From: a virus | Lineage: Duplodnaviria > Caudoviricetes | Virus record (IMG/VR): IMGVR_UViG_2897059268_000002 | Span: 15,728-79,727 of that record | DNA: 64,000 nucleotides | Strand: one strand, 5' to 3' | In this document: positions 27,644 to 37,274 of the stretch, in pieces | Position numbering within the stretch: the first letter of the stretch is position 1 | How the letters are laid out: each line of letters begins with the position of its first letter | Notes under the pieces: model-generated | What the model was told of the DNA's origin: nothing | Seen by the model: only the letters and a program-made list of their open reading frames with translations | Databases searched by the model: none | Translations under genes and position numbers: made by a program

Positions 27644-28128
27644 CCGACACCCCGATGACCCCGGACGTGGCCCTGACCCGTCTCCGCCAGTACGGCGAGC
27701 GCACCTCGACCTGGTCGACCGCCACGTACAACGACGGCACGGAGAAGGCCCTGCACCAGATCGCGGTGAGCCTCGCCAGCGAGGTTGAGCGGCTGCGCCT
27801 CCGGCCGGTCGAGGCGCACGTCCTGCGCAACGCGGCATCCGCCCTGGAGGACGACCACCCCGGCGCCGCCGCTGTGGTGCTGGAGATGGCGAACAAGGCC
27901 GAGCGCGCTGCGGCTGCCCGCCCGTGGGCCAGCTCAGCCCAGCAGCCGAGCAAGAGCCGCGTCGTGCTGAGCGACCACGACCTGTCGCGGGTGGAGTTCG
28001 CCCGCACGAAGCACGCCGAGCTGAACGGTCACTCCGGTGACTACGCGGAACGTCTCGGCTCCATGTCCGCCCTCGCGGAGATCCTGCTTGAGGTCATCGA
28101 CCGCGCAGAGGTCGGCGGCACCCCGTGA
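27640..28128 (+). CDS. Hypothetical phage protein
   Basis: RBS GGAGG, GC3 bias. Confidence 0.7.
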   Translation: MTDTPMTPDVALTRLRQYGERTSTWSTATYNDGTEKALHQIAVSLASEVERLRLRPVEAHVLRNAASALEDDHPGAAAVVLEMANKAERAAAARPWASSAQQPSKSRVVLSDHDLSRVEFARTKHAELNGHSGDYAERLGSMSALAEILLEVIDRAEVGGTP

Positions 28129-28472
28129 CCCCGCCGCCGGCCCCGGCCCCGTTGCCACCGTGGGAAGAAACCCTGGCCGAGACCATCGCCTGGGACCGAT
28201 CGTGGGACCGATACGACCAAGACGACGAGGACTAGACCGATGAATGCCAAGATCAGCGCACGGGGGAAGTGCCGCGTCTGCGGCAGGGAGTACAAGCTCA
28301 CCCGGGCTGGATTCCTGCCCCGGCACTGGGCGCGAGACGAAGGTGGGCAGGCCGCCATCGGTCTCCCGAACTGTCGCGGCGCTGGGATGACCCCGACCTC
28401 GTCACCCACCACCTGACCGCCCCTGGTCTGCTGTGTACGGCACGGCAGCCCCCAACCCGAAGGAGCACCGAG

Positions 28473-28766
28473 ATGTCCGTTTCCCCCTTGCAAGCCGCGG
28501 TTGCGTACTTCGAAGGCCAGTACGTGACCCAGTTCTACGGCCATCAGGTCGCCGCCCGGCTGCGCGCCCTCGCCGCTGAGGCACCCGCTCCTGCCGACCG
28601 GGCCATGCTGACCGAGATCGAGCGGCAGCTCCTCGGCTTCGCGCTGGAACTGGCCGAAGAGGAGATCCACGCCCGGGGCCTGGAGATCCCCGACAAGGAC
28701 CGGGCCGCGCTCACCTCGCTCCGCCGCCTCGCAGACGACACCACCACCCAGGAGCCCCCGCGATGA
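28473..28766 (+). CDS. Hypothetical phage protein
   Basis: RBS AAGGAG. Confidence 0.65.
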   Translation: MSVSPLQAAVAYFEGQYVTQFYGHQVAARLRALAAEAPAPADRAMLTEIERQLLGFALELAEEEIHARGLEIPDKDRAALTSLRRLADDTTTQEPPR

Positions 28767-29027
28767 TCCAGCCCGGACAGACCCGCGACTGGGCGCACTG
28801 GCGCACCGGATACGTCCTGGAGGAAGTGGGAGAGCTTGCGGCCAAGCCCGACCATTCACCCGCGGAGCCCCAATAGGGCAGATTAAGACGGCATGAATGG
28901 CATGATCTCAACGCCCTAAATCCTGCTAGACGAACCAAGCGCGGCCTGCGTAGCCTCACCTACTCGGGACAGCTGATCATGAACGCTGCGCCCGTCTCGT
29001 AATTTCCAATTCGAGGAAGAGTGAACT

Positions 29028-29516
29028 ATGCGCACTTCGATCCGCCTTGCAGCCCTGGCCGTCAGCGCCACCGCCGCCATCACTCTCAACGCTGGCACTG
29101 CCGCCGCCGCCACCGTGAACTGGAAGGAAGTGGACACGAACTCCAACTGGCACTGTAGCGCTTGGGAGCAGCACTGGGCCGCCTCCGGCCCCGATGAAGG
29201 CAACTACAACTTCAAGCCCTGCATAGTCGTCAACTCCAGCGGCGGTGCACAGGGTGTCCTGGTGATACAGAACGCATCGATCTACCAAAAGATGCTCGTC
29301 AAGGGGGCAGTCAGATTCCCGAGTAGCGACGCCGCCGGTCAGACGCTTTGCGCCGAGAGCGTGATCAATAACCCATTCACTCGCGGATGCTTCGCCCCCA
29401 CGAAGAACGTCGGCTGCGGAAATACTCCCGGCATCGAGGTGCTTGTCTACGTGAAGGTTGACGGCGAATGGAAAGAAGACACGTACTCTATAGCTGGCGT
29501 GTCAATGCCCTGCTAG
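29028..29516 (+). CDS. Secreted Cys-rich protein (moron-like)
   Basis: Signal peptide MRTSIRLAALAVSATAAITLNAGTAAAA, six Cys, lower GC, own terminator. Confidence 0.8.
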   Translation: MRTSIRLAALAVSATAAITLNAGTAAAATVNWKEVDTNSNWHCSAWEQHWAASGPDEGNYNFKPCIVVNSSGGAQGVLVIQNASIYQKMLVKGAVRFPSSDAAGQTLCAESVINNPFTRGCFAPTKNVGCGNTPGIEVLVYVKVDGEWKEDTYSIAGVSMPC

Positions 29517-29579
29517 GCCAGGGCGTGGCTTCTGCCTACTGTAGGAGCTGAAGCTCGCTCATCCGGAAGCATCTCGTCA

Positions 29580-29616
29580 CCTCGGGCCCGTCCTGAACCA
29601 TCAGGCGGGCCCGAGG
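29580..29616. terminator. Stem-loop terminator
   Basis: CCTCGGGCCCG...CGGGCCCGAGG. Confidence 0.65.
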
Positions 29617-29712
29617 CGCGCCGAGAGCATCATCAGCCCAGGGTTGTCATCACGTCAGCGCACAATTGGCCTACAAGCCACTTGCTTCCCGCACCCACCA
29701 CGAGGAGCCGCT

Positions 29713-30420
29713 GTGCACGACAACCCCGCCCAGGACGACTACCAGTGGCCCGTGTGCGTAACCCCCCGATGCAACCGGCAGCTCTGGGTCGCCGAAGCCG
29801 GCCGGTACGCGTGCAGGCCCTGCGAAGAACAGACCGCCAAGCAGCTCACCGAACTCGGGCAGCTGTTCCGCAGGCTTAACGAAACCTCCACGCTCATGCG
29901 CGGCGCCCGCCGGGCCGGCGGTGCCACCTCAGGCAGCCGCACCCCGCCGATACCCCCGCGCCTCGAAGTGCTCGCCCTCACCGCCGCTGGGGGAGTGGCG
30001 ACCAGGTTGCGTGACATCGAGGACTCGTGGCGGAAGGCTCTCGGCTGGACCGTCGCACCGTGGCGCGGCAGCCCCACCCAAGCCGTGCCGGAGCACCTCA
30101 AGTTCCTGACCAACAACCTGCCGTGGGCCGTGTCGAGCTACGAGTCGGTCGGGCAAGACATCGACGACCTCCGCAAGCTCCACGCCGAATGCGTCGCCGT
30201 CGCCGCCAACGAACACCGGCCCGGACGGGTCAACATCGGCCGCTGCCCCACCCGAGGAGACGACGGCAGCCTGTGCCGGGCTGATCTCACCGCCACTGCC
30301 ACCAGCCACCGCGTCCACTGCGGGGCCTGCGGGGCCAGGTGGGAAACGCTCGGGGAGTGGAAGCATCTGCGGGAACAGCAAGACGCAGTGCTGCGGGAAG
30401 ACGCGGGGTTGGCGGCATGA
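29713..30420 (+). CDS. Zinc-finger phage protein, possible late-gene regulator
   Basis: CxxxxC...CxxC at the N-terminus, IGRCP...C...CGACGARW at the C-terminus; just upstream of the late promoter. Confidence 0.6.
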   Translation: MHDNPAQDDYQWPVCVTPRCNRQLWVAEAGRYACRPCEEQTAKQLTELGQLFRRLNETSTLMRGARRAGGATSGSRTPPIPPRLEVLALTAAGGVATRLRDIEDSWRKALGWTVAPWRGSPTQAVPEHLKFLTNNLPWAVSSYESVGQDIDDLRKLHAECVAVAANEHRPGRVNIGRCPTRGDDGSLCRADLTATATSHRVHCGACGARWETLGEWKHLREQQDAVLREDAGLAA

Positions 30421-30659
30421 ACGAAACGGTGATGGTCATCAGCGCTGGCCTTGGCGGAATCGGCCTTGGGATAGCTGTGCTCCTGTTCGTGTTCAGGGAC
30501 GCCCCCTTCGGTCTGCGCGATGATGGGCCCCCTTGCGACCGGTGCCAGAGGGTGACCCGCCGCCCGCACCTACGTTGGACACTCGGCATCCACTGGCACT
30601 GTGCGGACTGCGAAAAGGAAGTCGACGCCCTGATCTTCAGGGCGCGGCCGACGCTCTGA
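30417..30659 (+). CDS. Small TM plus zinc-ribbon protein
   Basis: N-terminal TM, CDRC...CADC. Confidence 0.55.
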   Translation: MNETVMVISAGLGGIGLGIAVLLFVFRDAPFGLRDDGPPCDRCQRVTRRPHLRWTLGIHWHCADCEKEVDALIFRARPTL

Positions 30660-30663
30660 ACTA

Positions 30664-30751
30664 GTCAACTATTTGACAACCCCCAAAACCGAAGGCAAGA
30701 TCTGCTCAGATATCAGAACTTCGCGCTGAGGCCACCCGACCGGGTGGCCTC
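30664..30751 (+). promoter_or_regulatory. Candidate late promoter with downstream hairpin
   Basis: TTGACA(30673)-17-CAAGAT(30696); palindrome GTCAA-ctat-TTGAC over the -35; hairpin GAGGCCACCCG/CGGGTGGCCTC at 30728-30751. Confidence 0.6.
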
Positions 30752-30772
30752 TCGTCGTTCCAGGAGGTGAAC

Positions 30773-31012
30773 ATGCCCTCCATCGCCCTCGGCACCGCCG
30801 CCGACATGGCCTACTGGACCGGCCGCCCCATCGGCACCATCTGGCGCTGGGCATCCGAAGGACGTCTCACCGTCTACGGAACTGGTAGGCAGGCCCGTTA
30901 CGACCTCATGGAAGTCGAGCCCGCCGAACGAGACCCAGACACTCGCGAACTTCTGACCCCCACGCCCGCGCCCGCCCTCAAAAGGCCCGCGCCGGTCGCA
31001 GCAGCCGCCTGA
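30773..31012 (+). CDS. Small MerR/excisionase-like HTH protein
   Basis: TAADMAYWTGRPIGTIWRWASEGRL...ARYDL; RBS AGGAGG. Confidence 0.75.
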   Translation: MPSIALGTAADMAYWTGRPIGTIWRWASEGRLTVYGTGRQARYDLMEVEPAERDPDTRELLTPTPAPALKRPAPVAAAA

Positions 31013-31198
31013 CCCCTGATCCCCTGCGCTGGTGGGCGCAGGCCGGGCCTCGACGCGCCACTGCGCTCGGCCCACTCTGTCCGCCCGGTCGAGGGTCCGG
31101 GCGGACACAGACCCGGGACCCCCAGTCCCGACGTGACCCCGCCGTCGACACCTCCCCCGTTCGACGGCGGGGCCACACCCCAGACGAGGGAGGCCGCC

Positions 31199-32407
31199 AT
31201 GGCACTGCCCGACGACCTCCCCACCGTCACCATCACCGGCCAGCGAACCCACGCCGACGGAACCCCCATCCGCGGCAGCATCCGAGCCGTCCCCACCGCC
31301 GGCCGATTCGTCCACGCAGAATCCGGGCTCGACGTCCAAGGCGCCGCAGAGAAGCCATACGACAAGGACACCGGCAACTACAGCATCACCCTCGTCGCCT
31401 CCGATGCCGACGGCATCAACCCGCACAACGGCACCTACGAGATCACCCTCACCGCGTTCGACGCACCCACCGTGACCCGCACCGTTCTGCTGCCCAAAGC
31501 CAACCCCGTGGTCAAGTTCGCAGCCATCACCCCCGTCGACCCCGAAGAAGGCGACTACGTCATCGTCGCCGGTCCCGAAGGACCCCAAGGCGAACCAGGA
31601 CCCGCGGGACCCATTGGCGCGACGGGGCCACAGGGCGCAACCGGGCCCGCAGGCGCGCAGGGGCCTGCAGGACCCAAAGGCGACACTGGTTCCCAAGGGC
31701 CTCAAGGCCCGGCCGGTGCAACCGGAGCCCAAGGCCCCAAGGGCGACACCGGGGAAACCGGACCAACGGGAGCCGCAGGGCCTGCAGGCGCGACAGGAGC
31801 AACCGGGCCCAAAGGCGACCAGGGTGAACAAGGGCCAGCCGGACCGACGGGAGCCACCGGTGCAACCGGGCCGAAGGGTGACACCGGAAGTCAGGGACCC
31901 AAGGGCGACACCGGTGCCACTGGCCCCCAAGGGCCCGCAGGAACACCCCCAACCGGTGACCAGGTCGGCGTGACCCGCACCGTCGACAAGCCCACCGACG
32001 AGGCAGTCACCTCATCGACGGCCCTCCAAGCCGACGACCACCTCAGCCTCTCGGTCACCGCAGGTGGCCGGTACGCCCTCGACGCGTGCTTCATCGTTAC
32101 CGGCGACCCAGCCGGCGACCTCCTGCTCACCCTGGCAGCCCCGGGCGGATCCACCGGGCACTGGACGCCCGGAGCCATCACCCTGGGCGTGTCCGACGGC
32201 ACCGGCAGCATCCGCCTCACCCGCTACGACCTCGGCACATCAGTCGGCGTCGGCGTGATCGCAGCCGGGCTGATCGTCGCCCCTCTCGGCACGTTCACCG
32301 CAGGAACCGACGGGGCGCTGACGCTTCAGTGGGCGCAGGCGGCCAGCTCGGCTACCCCCACCGTCCTGAAGGCCGGGTCTTGGCTGCGGCTGACCCGCAT
32401 CGCCTGA
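31199..32407 (+). CDS. Collagen-like (Gly-X-Y) virion fibre protein
   Basis: About 40 uninterrupted GXY triplets ([10 protein letters not shown]...), with N-terminal and C-terminal beta-rich domains. Confidence 0.85.
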   Translation: MALPDDLPTVTITGQRTHADGTPIRGSIRAVPTAGRFVHAESGLDVQGAAEKPYDKDTGNYSITLVASDADGINPHNGTYEITLTAFDAPTVTRTVLLPKANPVVKFAAITPVDPEEGDYVIVAGPEGPQGEPGPAGPIGATGPQGATGPAGAQGPAGPKGDTGSQGPQGPAGATGAQGPKGDTGETGPTGAAGPAGATGATGPKGDQGEQGPAGPTGATGATGPKGDTGSQGPKGDTGATGPQGPAGTPPTGDQVGVTRTVDKPTDEAVTSSTALQADDHLSLSVTAGGRYALDACFIVTGDPAGDLLLTLAAPGGSTGHWTPGAITLGVSDGTGSIRLTRYDLGTSVGVGVIAAGLIVAPLGTFTAGTDGALTLQWAQAASSATPTVLKAGSWLRLTRIA

Positions 32408-32442
32408 ACCGGAAACCACCCAGCTGTAGAAGGGCCCGCGCC

Positions 32443-32874
32443 ATGGATCTCCACACCTGGATCACCCAGCAAGTCGACGAGACCGAGCGGCTCATCGAGG
32501 AGAGCGAGTTCCCGCCCAGCCAGGACGACGGTGTCCGACGCCGCTGCGAGGCGGACCGCCGAATCCTCGCCCGGCACCGGCTCGCCGCTGAGTGGACGTG
32601 GCAGCGTGATCCCGCCTGCCACGGCTGCGGCACCGAAGGCCACTGCGACGACCCGGTCACCGACAACCTCAACGACTGCCCGGAGCTGCTCGACCTCGCG
32701 CACGCCCACGGCATCACACCCGACATCCTCGCCGGACTCGACCAACCCCAGCTGCCCCAACCGGCCCCGCGCAGCGAACGCCGCCTCGGCCTCGGCGACA
32801 TCCTCACCGCCACCAACCCCATCACCACCAGCGACGTGCCCGAAGCGCTACGCGGACCCCGCTGGAAGCCCTGA
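32443..32874 (+). CDS. DUF6221-like phage protein
   Basis: MDLHTWITQQVD...RRCEADRRILARH...CHGC...CPELLDLAHA. Confidence 0.65.
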   Translation: MDLHTWITQQVDETERLIEESEFPPSQDDGVRRRCEADRRILARHRLAAEWTWQRDPACHGCGTEGHCDDPVTDNLNDCPELLDLAHAHGITPDILAGLDQPQLPQPAPRSERRLGLGDILTATNPITTSDVPEALRGPRWKP

Positions 32875-32899
32875 CCCACCACACCCTGGAGCCCGCGCC

Positions 32900-33272
32900 A
32901 TGGACGTTCCCGGTCTGCCCGACAACGAACCGATGGCTGCCGACAGCCTCTGCGAGCACGCGTGGCAGTACAACAAGCCCGCCCACGCATCCGCCTCCGT
33001 CCGCATCTGCTCCCTCTGCCACACCATCGACGGCGAAGACCTCATGCGCACCCTCAAACGAGTACGCCGCCGCCTTCAAGCAGAAGCCAACCACGCTCGT
33101 CTACGCGTGGTCCGACGGGCAAACGCTCAGCGTCGTCGACCAGTCCGGTGGCATCCCAGACAACCGCCGCGAACGCTCCATCCTCCGAGGGCTCCTCACC
33201 CACACCCTCGCCACCCTCGACGAACACGAGATCGCTGGCCCACTAGGCATCGCCACCATGGAGCCGTCATGA
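32900..33272 (+). pseudogene. Hypothetical zinc-ribbon gene with an apparent +1 frameshift
   Basis: CEHAW...ICSLC; the GC3-biased frame switches at AAA 33056-33058 and ends at a TGA overlapping the next ATG. Confidence 0.5.
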
Positions 33273-33508
33273 GCACGACCGCCGACAGTACCCGGCACAT
33301 CAAGACCATCTGGCGCGGCGAGAAGCCATGGCACTGGAAGGCCCTCAAGGTCGGACACGCCCAACCGCGCGGCTACCGCACCTACTGGCGCAGCCGTTGG
33401 CTCTGGCAGCTCCACCTCACGCCGATCCACATCGCCCGCGACAACAGCCAGTGGGAGATCGGCCTCTGCTTCGGCAAGCGAACCGTCTTCCTGCTCACCC
33501 ACCGCTGA
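33269..33508 (+). CDS. Small Trp-rich hypothetical protein
   Basis: RBS GGAG, ATGA coupling. Confidence 0.6.
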   Translation: MSTTADSTRHIKTIWRGEKPWHWKALKVGHAQPRGYRTYWRSRWLWQLHLTPIHIARDNSQWEIGLCFGKRTVFLLTHR

Positions 33509-33526
33509 CCTGTCGGGGGCATACGC

Positions 33527-33778
33527 ATGGACCAGCAGGAGATCGGGACTGGGCCTGAAGGGACAGTGCAGACGGACCTCAGCCTCTGCGGCTGGGAGAA
33601 CTGCACGGAAACGGCCAGCACAGCGCTCCGCTTCCGCGCACAACCAGGCCATGTCCACAACTGCGATGCGCACGCGGCGATCAACCGCGAGTGGTCTGAC
33701 GTGATCGAGTCAGCGCCCATGCCGAACTGCCCCTTCATGCACGGCGGGATGTGGATAGACATGCCCCGCGACCTCTAG
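33527..33778 (+). CDS. Small Cys-containing hypothetical protein
   Basis: CGWENC...HNCDAH. Confidence 0.55.
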   Translation: MDQQEIGTGPEGTVQTDLSLCGWENCTETASTALRFRAQPGHVHNCDAHAAINREWSDVIESAPMPNCPFMHGGMWIDMPRDL

Positions 33779-33800
33779 CCGACTTACAGGAGCCCGCGCC

Positions 33801-33980
33801 ATGGCCCGATACGAGATCAACTACCTCGACGGCAGCTTCGACGTCGTCACCAACGCCCCCGGCCACGAATGGACCGACAACCTCTTCATCGTCCTGGACG
33901 CCAACAAGCGGACGACCTACCTCGCCCCCACCGCGAACATCCGCAGCATCCTCATCCACGACGAGACGGTGACCGACTGA
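33801..33980 (+). CDS. Small hypothetical protein
   Basis: RBS AGGAG; MARYEINYLDG... Confidence 0.65.
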   Translation: MARYEINYLDGSFDVVTNAPGHEWTDNLFIVLDANKRTTYLAPTANIRSILIHDETVTD

Positions 33981-34261
33981 TGGCCGCCGTCGAGCTCCAC
34001 ATCGCCAACGAGATGCTCGACCACTTCGAGACCATCCGCCCCCACCTTGACGGCCGCGAAACCGGACGCCGACCCAGCACCACAGCCATGGGCGTCACCA
34101 TCCTCGACATGCAGATGGAACGTGCGCCCGAACAGGCAACGACGATGGAAGTCGTGCTGCATCTCATCGACGGCCAGCCCAAGATCAACGCCATCCACTA
34201 CTGGGACAAGCACGGCATCTTCCTCGCGCCCGTCGTCCCCTTCCCTCGGAAGGTGAACTGA
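33980..34261 (+). CDS. Hypothetical protein
   Basis: TGATG coupling on both sides. Confidence 0.65.
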   Translation: MAAVELHIANEMLDHFETIRPHLDGRETGRRPSTTAMGVTILDMQMERAPEQATTMEVVLHLIDGQPKINAIHYWDKHGIFLAPVVPFPRKVN

Positions 34262-34629
34262 TGGCCCGCTTGCAGATCCTCGAACTCCCCGAAGGTGCAG
34301 GCGACAACCGGCCGCCATTCATCCTCGTCATCGACCAAGCCGACGAGGCCACGACCGCCTCCCTCGGGCCCATCCCGCCCCACGACGCCCTCTCCCCGCT
34401 CGAAGGGGCGCAGCGGGCCCTCGGCGTCTCCCTTGCCGAGCAGATCGGCGCCCGCGCCGTCCTCGTCTTCGAAGAGACCATCGACATCCCCGCCAACGAC
34501 ACCAGTGCCTACGCGCAACCGCTGACCACCGCGCTCCACCTCGGCGAGCGCGAAGCATGGGGCGACCTTTCCGCAGCCGCCAAGAACCAAGCCGAAGCGC
34601 TCGACGACCTTCGAGGAGAGCGGCGATGA
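34261..34629 (+). CDS. Hypothetical phage protein
   Basis: MARLQILELPE...IGARAVLVFEETIDIPAND. Confidence 0.7.
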   Translation: MARLQILELPEGAGDNRPPFILVIDQADEATTASLGPIPPHDALSPLEGAQRALGVSLAEQIGARAVLVFEETIDIPANDTSAYAQPLTTALHLGEREAWGDLSAAAKNQAEALDDLRGERR

Positions 34630-34943
34630 GCGGAGGAAGCTACAACTACCTCTACGCCGCCGCGGACCTCGAAGACCTCCAAGCCCGACGCTTCGACCTC
34701 GAAGAGATGGCTCAGCGGCTCGCAGGACTCGGCTACGCCCAAGACGCCGCACGCGAAACCGAAGAACTCCTCGTGCTCTACCGGCAGTGGGAAACCCGCG
34801 CCACCGTCCGCATGCGCCGCCTCACAGGCATCTGGCACGCCGTCGAATGGTGGGACTCCAACGACAGCAGCGAAACCGCCGTCCACGAAGCACTCGCCAA
34901 ATACCGAGGCGATCACGACGACGCCGGGACGCCCCATGGCTGA
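34626..34943 (+). CDS. Hypothetical phage protein
   Basis: MSGGSYNYLY...WHAVEWWDS. Confidence 0.7.
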   Translation: MSGGSYNYLYAAADLEDLQARRFDLEEMAQRLAGLGYAQDAARETEELLVLYRQWETRATVRMRRLTGIWHAVEWWDSNDSSETAVHEALAKYRGDHDDAGTPHG

Positions 34944-35175
34944 CCAGCAGATCGGGCAACTCCTCGACACCCTCGGCGTCACCGCCGACCTCGACGATGG
35001 AGACCTCGTCACCGACGCCCACATCGTCCTCAAAGTCGTCAAAGCCGACGGCGGCACCACCCTCATCAAAGCCACCAGCGAAGCGCTCGACTGGGTCACC
35101 AGCATCGGCATGCTCACCGCCGTCCTCGCCATCGAAAACGGGCGCTACGTGAACATCGCCGAAGACGACGACTAG
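34936..35175 (+). CDS. Hypothetical phage protein
   Basis: LDTLGVTADLDDGDLVTDA...DWVTSIGML. Confidence 0.7.
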   Translation: MADQQIGQLLDTLGVTADLDDGDLVTDAHIVLKVVKADGGTTLIKATSEALDWVTSIGMLTAVLAIENGRYVNIAEDDD

Positions 35176-35184
35176 GAGGCAGGC

Positions 35185-35478
35185 GTGAGCGGAGGGTGGG
35201 CAAACTCGGACCGCAAGAGCCGTCTGCCCAGCGGGTGGGCCAAGAAGCGGGCGCGGATTCTCGAACGGGACAGGATCTGCGTCTTGTGTGGAGTCAGGCC
35301 CAGCCGGTTCTGCGACCACATCGTGGCCAAGGCCGACCTCCATGGAGATTCGGACCTCCAGGGCGTGTGTGGACCATGCCATGACCAGAAGAGTGCGCGC
35401 GAAGGAGCAGCCGCCGCCAAAGCCAAAGGCCGCCCCAGCCGCACCAGGCCGCCGGAACAACACCCCGGCCTCCTCTGA
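35185..35478 (+). CDS. HNH endonuclease (terminase-associated)
   Basis: RILERDRICVLC...CDHIV...LQGVCGPCHDQKS. Confidence 0.9.
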   Translation: MSGGWANSDRKSRLPSGWAKKRARILERDRICVLCGVRPSRFCDHIVAKADLHGDSDLQGVCGPCHDQKSAREGAAAAKAKGRPSRTRPPEQHPGLL

Positions 35479-35490
35479 CAGGCGGTGACC

Positions 35491-35703
35491 ATGCCCGCCT
35501 ACCTCATCCGCCACCCCGGCAAGGCCAACGAAGACATCCTCATTGAGGACGACCCGCTCACCCTCACCTTCCACGGGAACTGGGCCGTCTTCACCGACAC
35601 CAACGGCTCCTGCCTCGCCATCCCAGCCGAAGCCGGCGCCCACATCGAACGCGTCGACCAACCCCAACCCCAAGACCACGAGCCCGCGCCGCAGAAGGAG
35701 TGA
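35491..35703 (+). CDS. Small hypothetical protein
   Basis: GC3-biased ORF in the late operon. Confidence 0.6.
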   Translation: MPAYLIRHPGKANEDILIEDDPLTLTFHGNWAVFTDTNGSCLAIPAEAGAHIERVDQPQPQDHEPAPQKE

Positions 35704-35708
35704 GACCT

Positions 35709-35948
35709 GTGGCAACCAAGGGACGAAGCCGACGAGGCAACGCCGAAACCCTCCGCCGCTACTGGACCACCGGACCAGGCGCGGCCAAGATCCGATGGGG
35801 AACACCCGGCGACTGGACCAGGTGCAACAAGCAGCTGTCCCGCTACATGGGCGCCAGAGCCAAGGGCTACTGCCAGCTCATGCACCGACGGGCAACCGGG
35901 GTCTACACCGGATCTCGCGCTAACACAGGGCGGCGACGCCGTGGCTGA
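35709..35948 (+). CDS. Small basic phage protein
   Basis: LRRYWTTGPGAAKIRWGTPGDWTRC...KGYCQLMH. Confidence 0.7.
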   Translation: MATKGRSRRGNAETLRRYWTTGPGAAKIRWGTPGDWTRCNKQLSRYMGARAKGYCQLMHRRATGVYTGSRANTGRRRRG

Positions 35949-36243
35949 CTACACCATCCAGCCCGGCGAATGGGGGATCCACGGCGTCACCCTTACAGCC
36001 GCCACAGTTACCACCATCCGCTTCCCCGACGACGTCGACGAAATCGAAGTCCTCAGCCACGACGGAGCAGCGGCCATCTACTTCACCGTCGACGGATCGA
36101 CCCCCGCAGTCGAAGGCCGCGGCAGCCGCGTCATCCCCGCCGCCATCAGCAGCGCCCAAGTTGAGCCGCCCACCGCCGGCCCGACCATCGTCAAGCTCAT
36201 CTCCGCAGGAACACCGCGGATCTCCGTGATGAGGACGTCATGA
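35941..36243 (+). CDS. Small beta-rich putative virion protein
   Basis: IYFTVDGSTP motif; overlaps both neighbours. Confidence 0.6.
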   Translation: MADYTIQPGEWGIHGVTLTAATVTTIRFPDDVDEIEVLSHDGAAAIYFTVDGSTPAVEGRGSRVIPAAISSAQVEPPTAGPTIVKLISAGTPRISVMRTS

Positions 36244-37274
36244 GGCGACACGTCTACACCCCCAAAGTCCCCGACGCCGAGACCGACGCCATGGTCAAAA
36301 CCCTGGCATCGTCCGCCCTCGCAGGGAACGAAGAAGTGGCCGCCGCGCTCGCCGCCCAGAAGGTGCAGCAGGACGCACGGGACGCCGAGATGGCCACCCG
36401 CATCGCCACACTCGCCGACATCGCCAGCCAGCTCGCGCCGCTCCAGCAGAGCGCCAGCGTCGAGCACGCCCGGCTCCAGGGACTCATCGACGACGGAGTA
36501 GCGGAACTCCAGTCCCTCCGGTCCCTCATCGCCGACGCGCAAGCCGACGCCGACAGTGCCGGAGTCCAAGCCCAGGCCGCCCTCAACAAAGCCAGCACAG
36601 CCCTCGGCGCCGCCCAGGACGCGGGCAGCATGGCCGTCGAAGCCGGCGCCAACGCCACAGCCGCCAAGAACGAGGCCGCCGGCGCGAAGACTGCGGCCCT
36701 CTCCGCGCAGGCCGAAGCCACCGCGGCACAAACCGCGGCCGGACTTGCAACAGCAGACGCCGCCACAGCCAAGACCGCAGCGGCCACCGCACAGACCGCG
36801 GCGCAAGACGCCGCCAGCAAAGCCACCACAGCCACAACCACCGCGGCCAGCGCCAAGACCACCGCCGACACCGCAGCAGCCACCGCGACCGCGGCACAAG
36901 CGGCAGCCACCACAGCCGGCACCAAGGCCGACCAAGCACAGGCAGCGACCACAGCAGCAGCGACCAGGACGACAACCCTGGAAGCCGGCGTCGCAGCCCT
37001 CCAAGGCAAGACGCTTACCCTGCGGCGAGCCGTCCCCACACTGCCCCTCATCGCCCTCGGAGCCACCTACGACCAGACCATCACCTGGTCCACCCCCATG
37101 CCATCCACCACCTACGACGTCGACATCGCCCAATCAGCAGGACTCATCGGCAAGGCCACAGCGAAGATCAAAGCAGGAACCCAGACCGCAGCCGGCCTCA
37201 CCATCACCGTCACCGCGAGCCTCCTCGTCGCGGCAGGGCAGACCCTCGACGTCACCGCCTACCGGTACGGGTAG
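36240..37274 (+). CDS. Ala/Thr-rich coiled-coil fibre-like protein
   Basis: Long heptad A/T/Q/K stalk (ATTAASAKTTADTA...) and C-terminal beta domain. Confidence 0.7.
   Translation: MRRHVYTPKVPDAETDAMVKTLASSALAGNEEVAAALAAQKVQQDARDAEMATRIATLADIASQLAPLQQSASVEHARLQGLIDDGVAELQSLRSLIADAQADADSAGVQAQAALNKASTALGAAQDAGSMAVEAGANATAAKNEAAGAKTAALSAQAEATAAQTAAGLATADAATAKTAAATAQTAAQDAASKATTATTTAASAKTTADTAAATATAAQAAATTAGTKADQAQAATTAAATRTTTLEAGVAALQGKTLTLRRAVPTLPLIALGATYDQTITWSTPMPSTTYDVDIAQSAGLIGKATAKIKAGTQTAAGLTITVTASLLVAAGQTLDVTAYRYG

Noticed and set aside
28190-28240. TGGGACCGAT tandem duplication (also CAACTTCGCGG pair near 26833-26868)
   Set aside because: Two short copies only; compatible with small-ORF coding or local slippage.
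31570-31945. DNA-level tandem repeats
   Set aside because: Explained by collagen Gly-X-Y coding, with synonymous variation between copies.
36600-36980. GCC/ACA-rich low-complexity repeats
   Set aside because: Explained by the Ala/Thr heptad stalk of the fibre-like protein.
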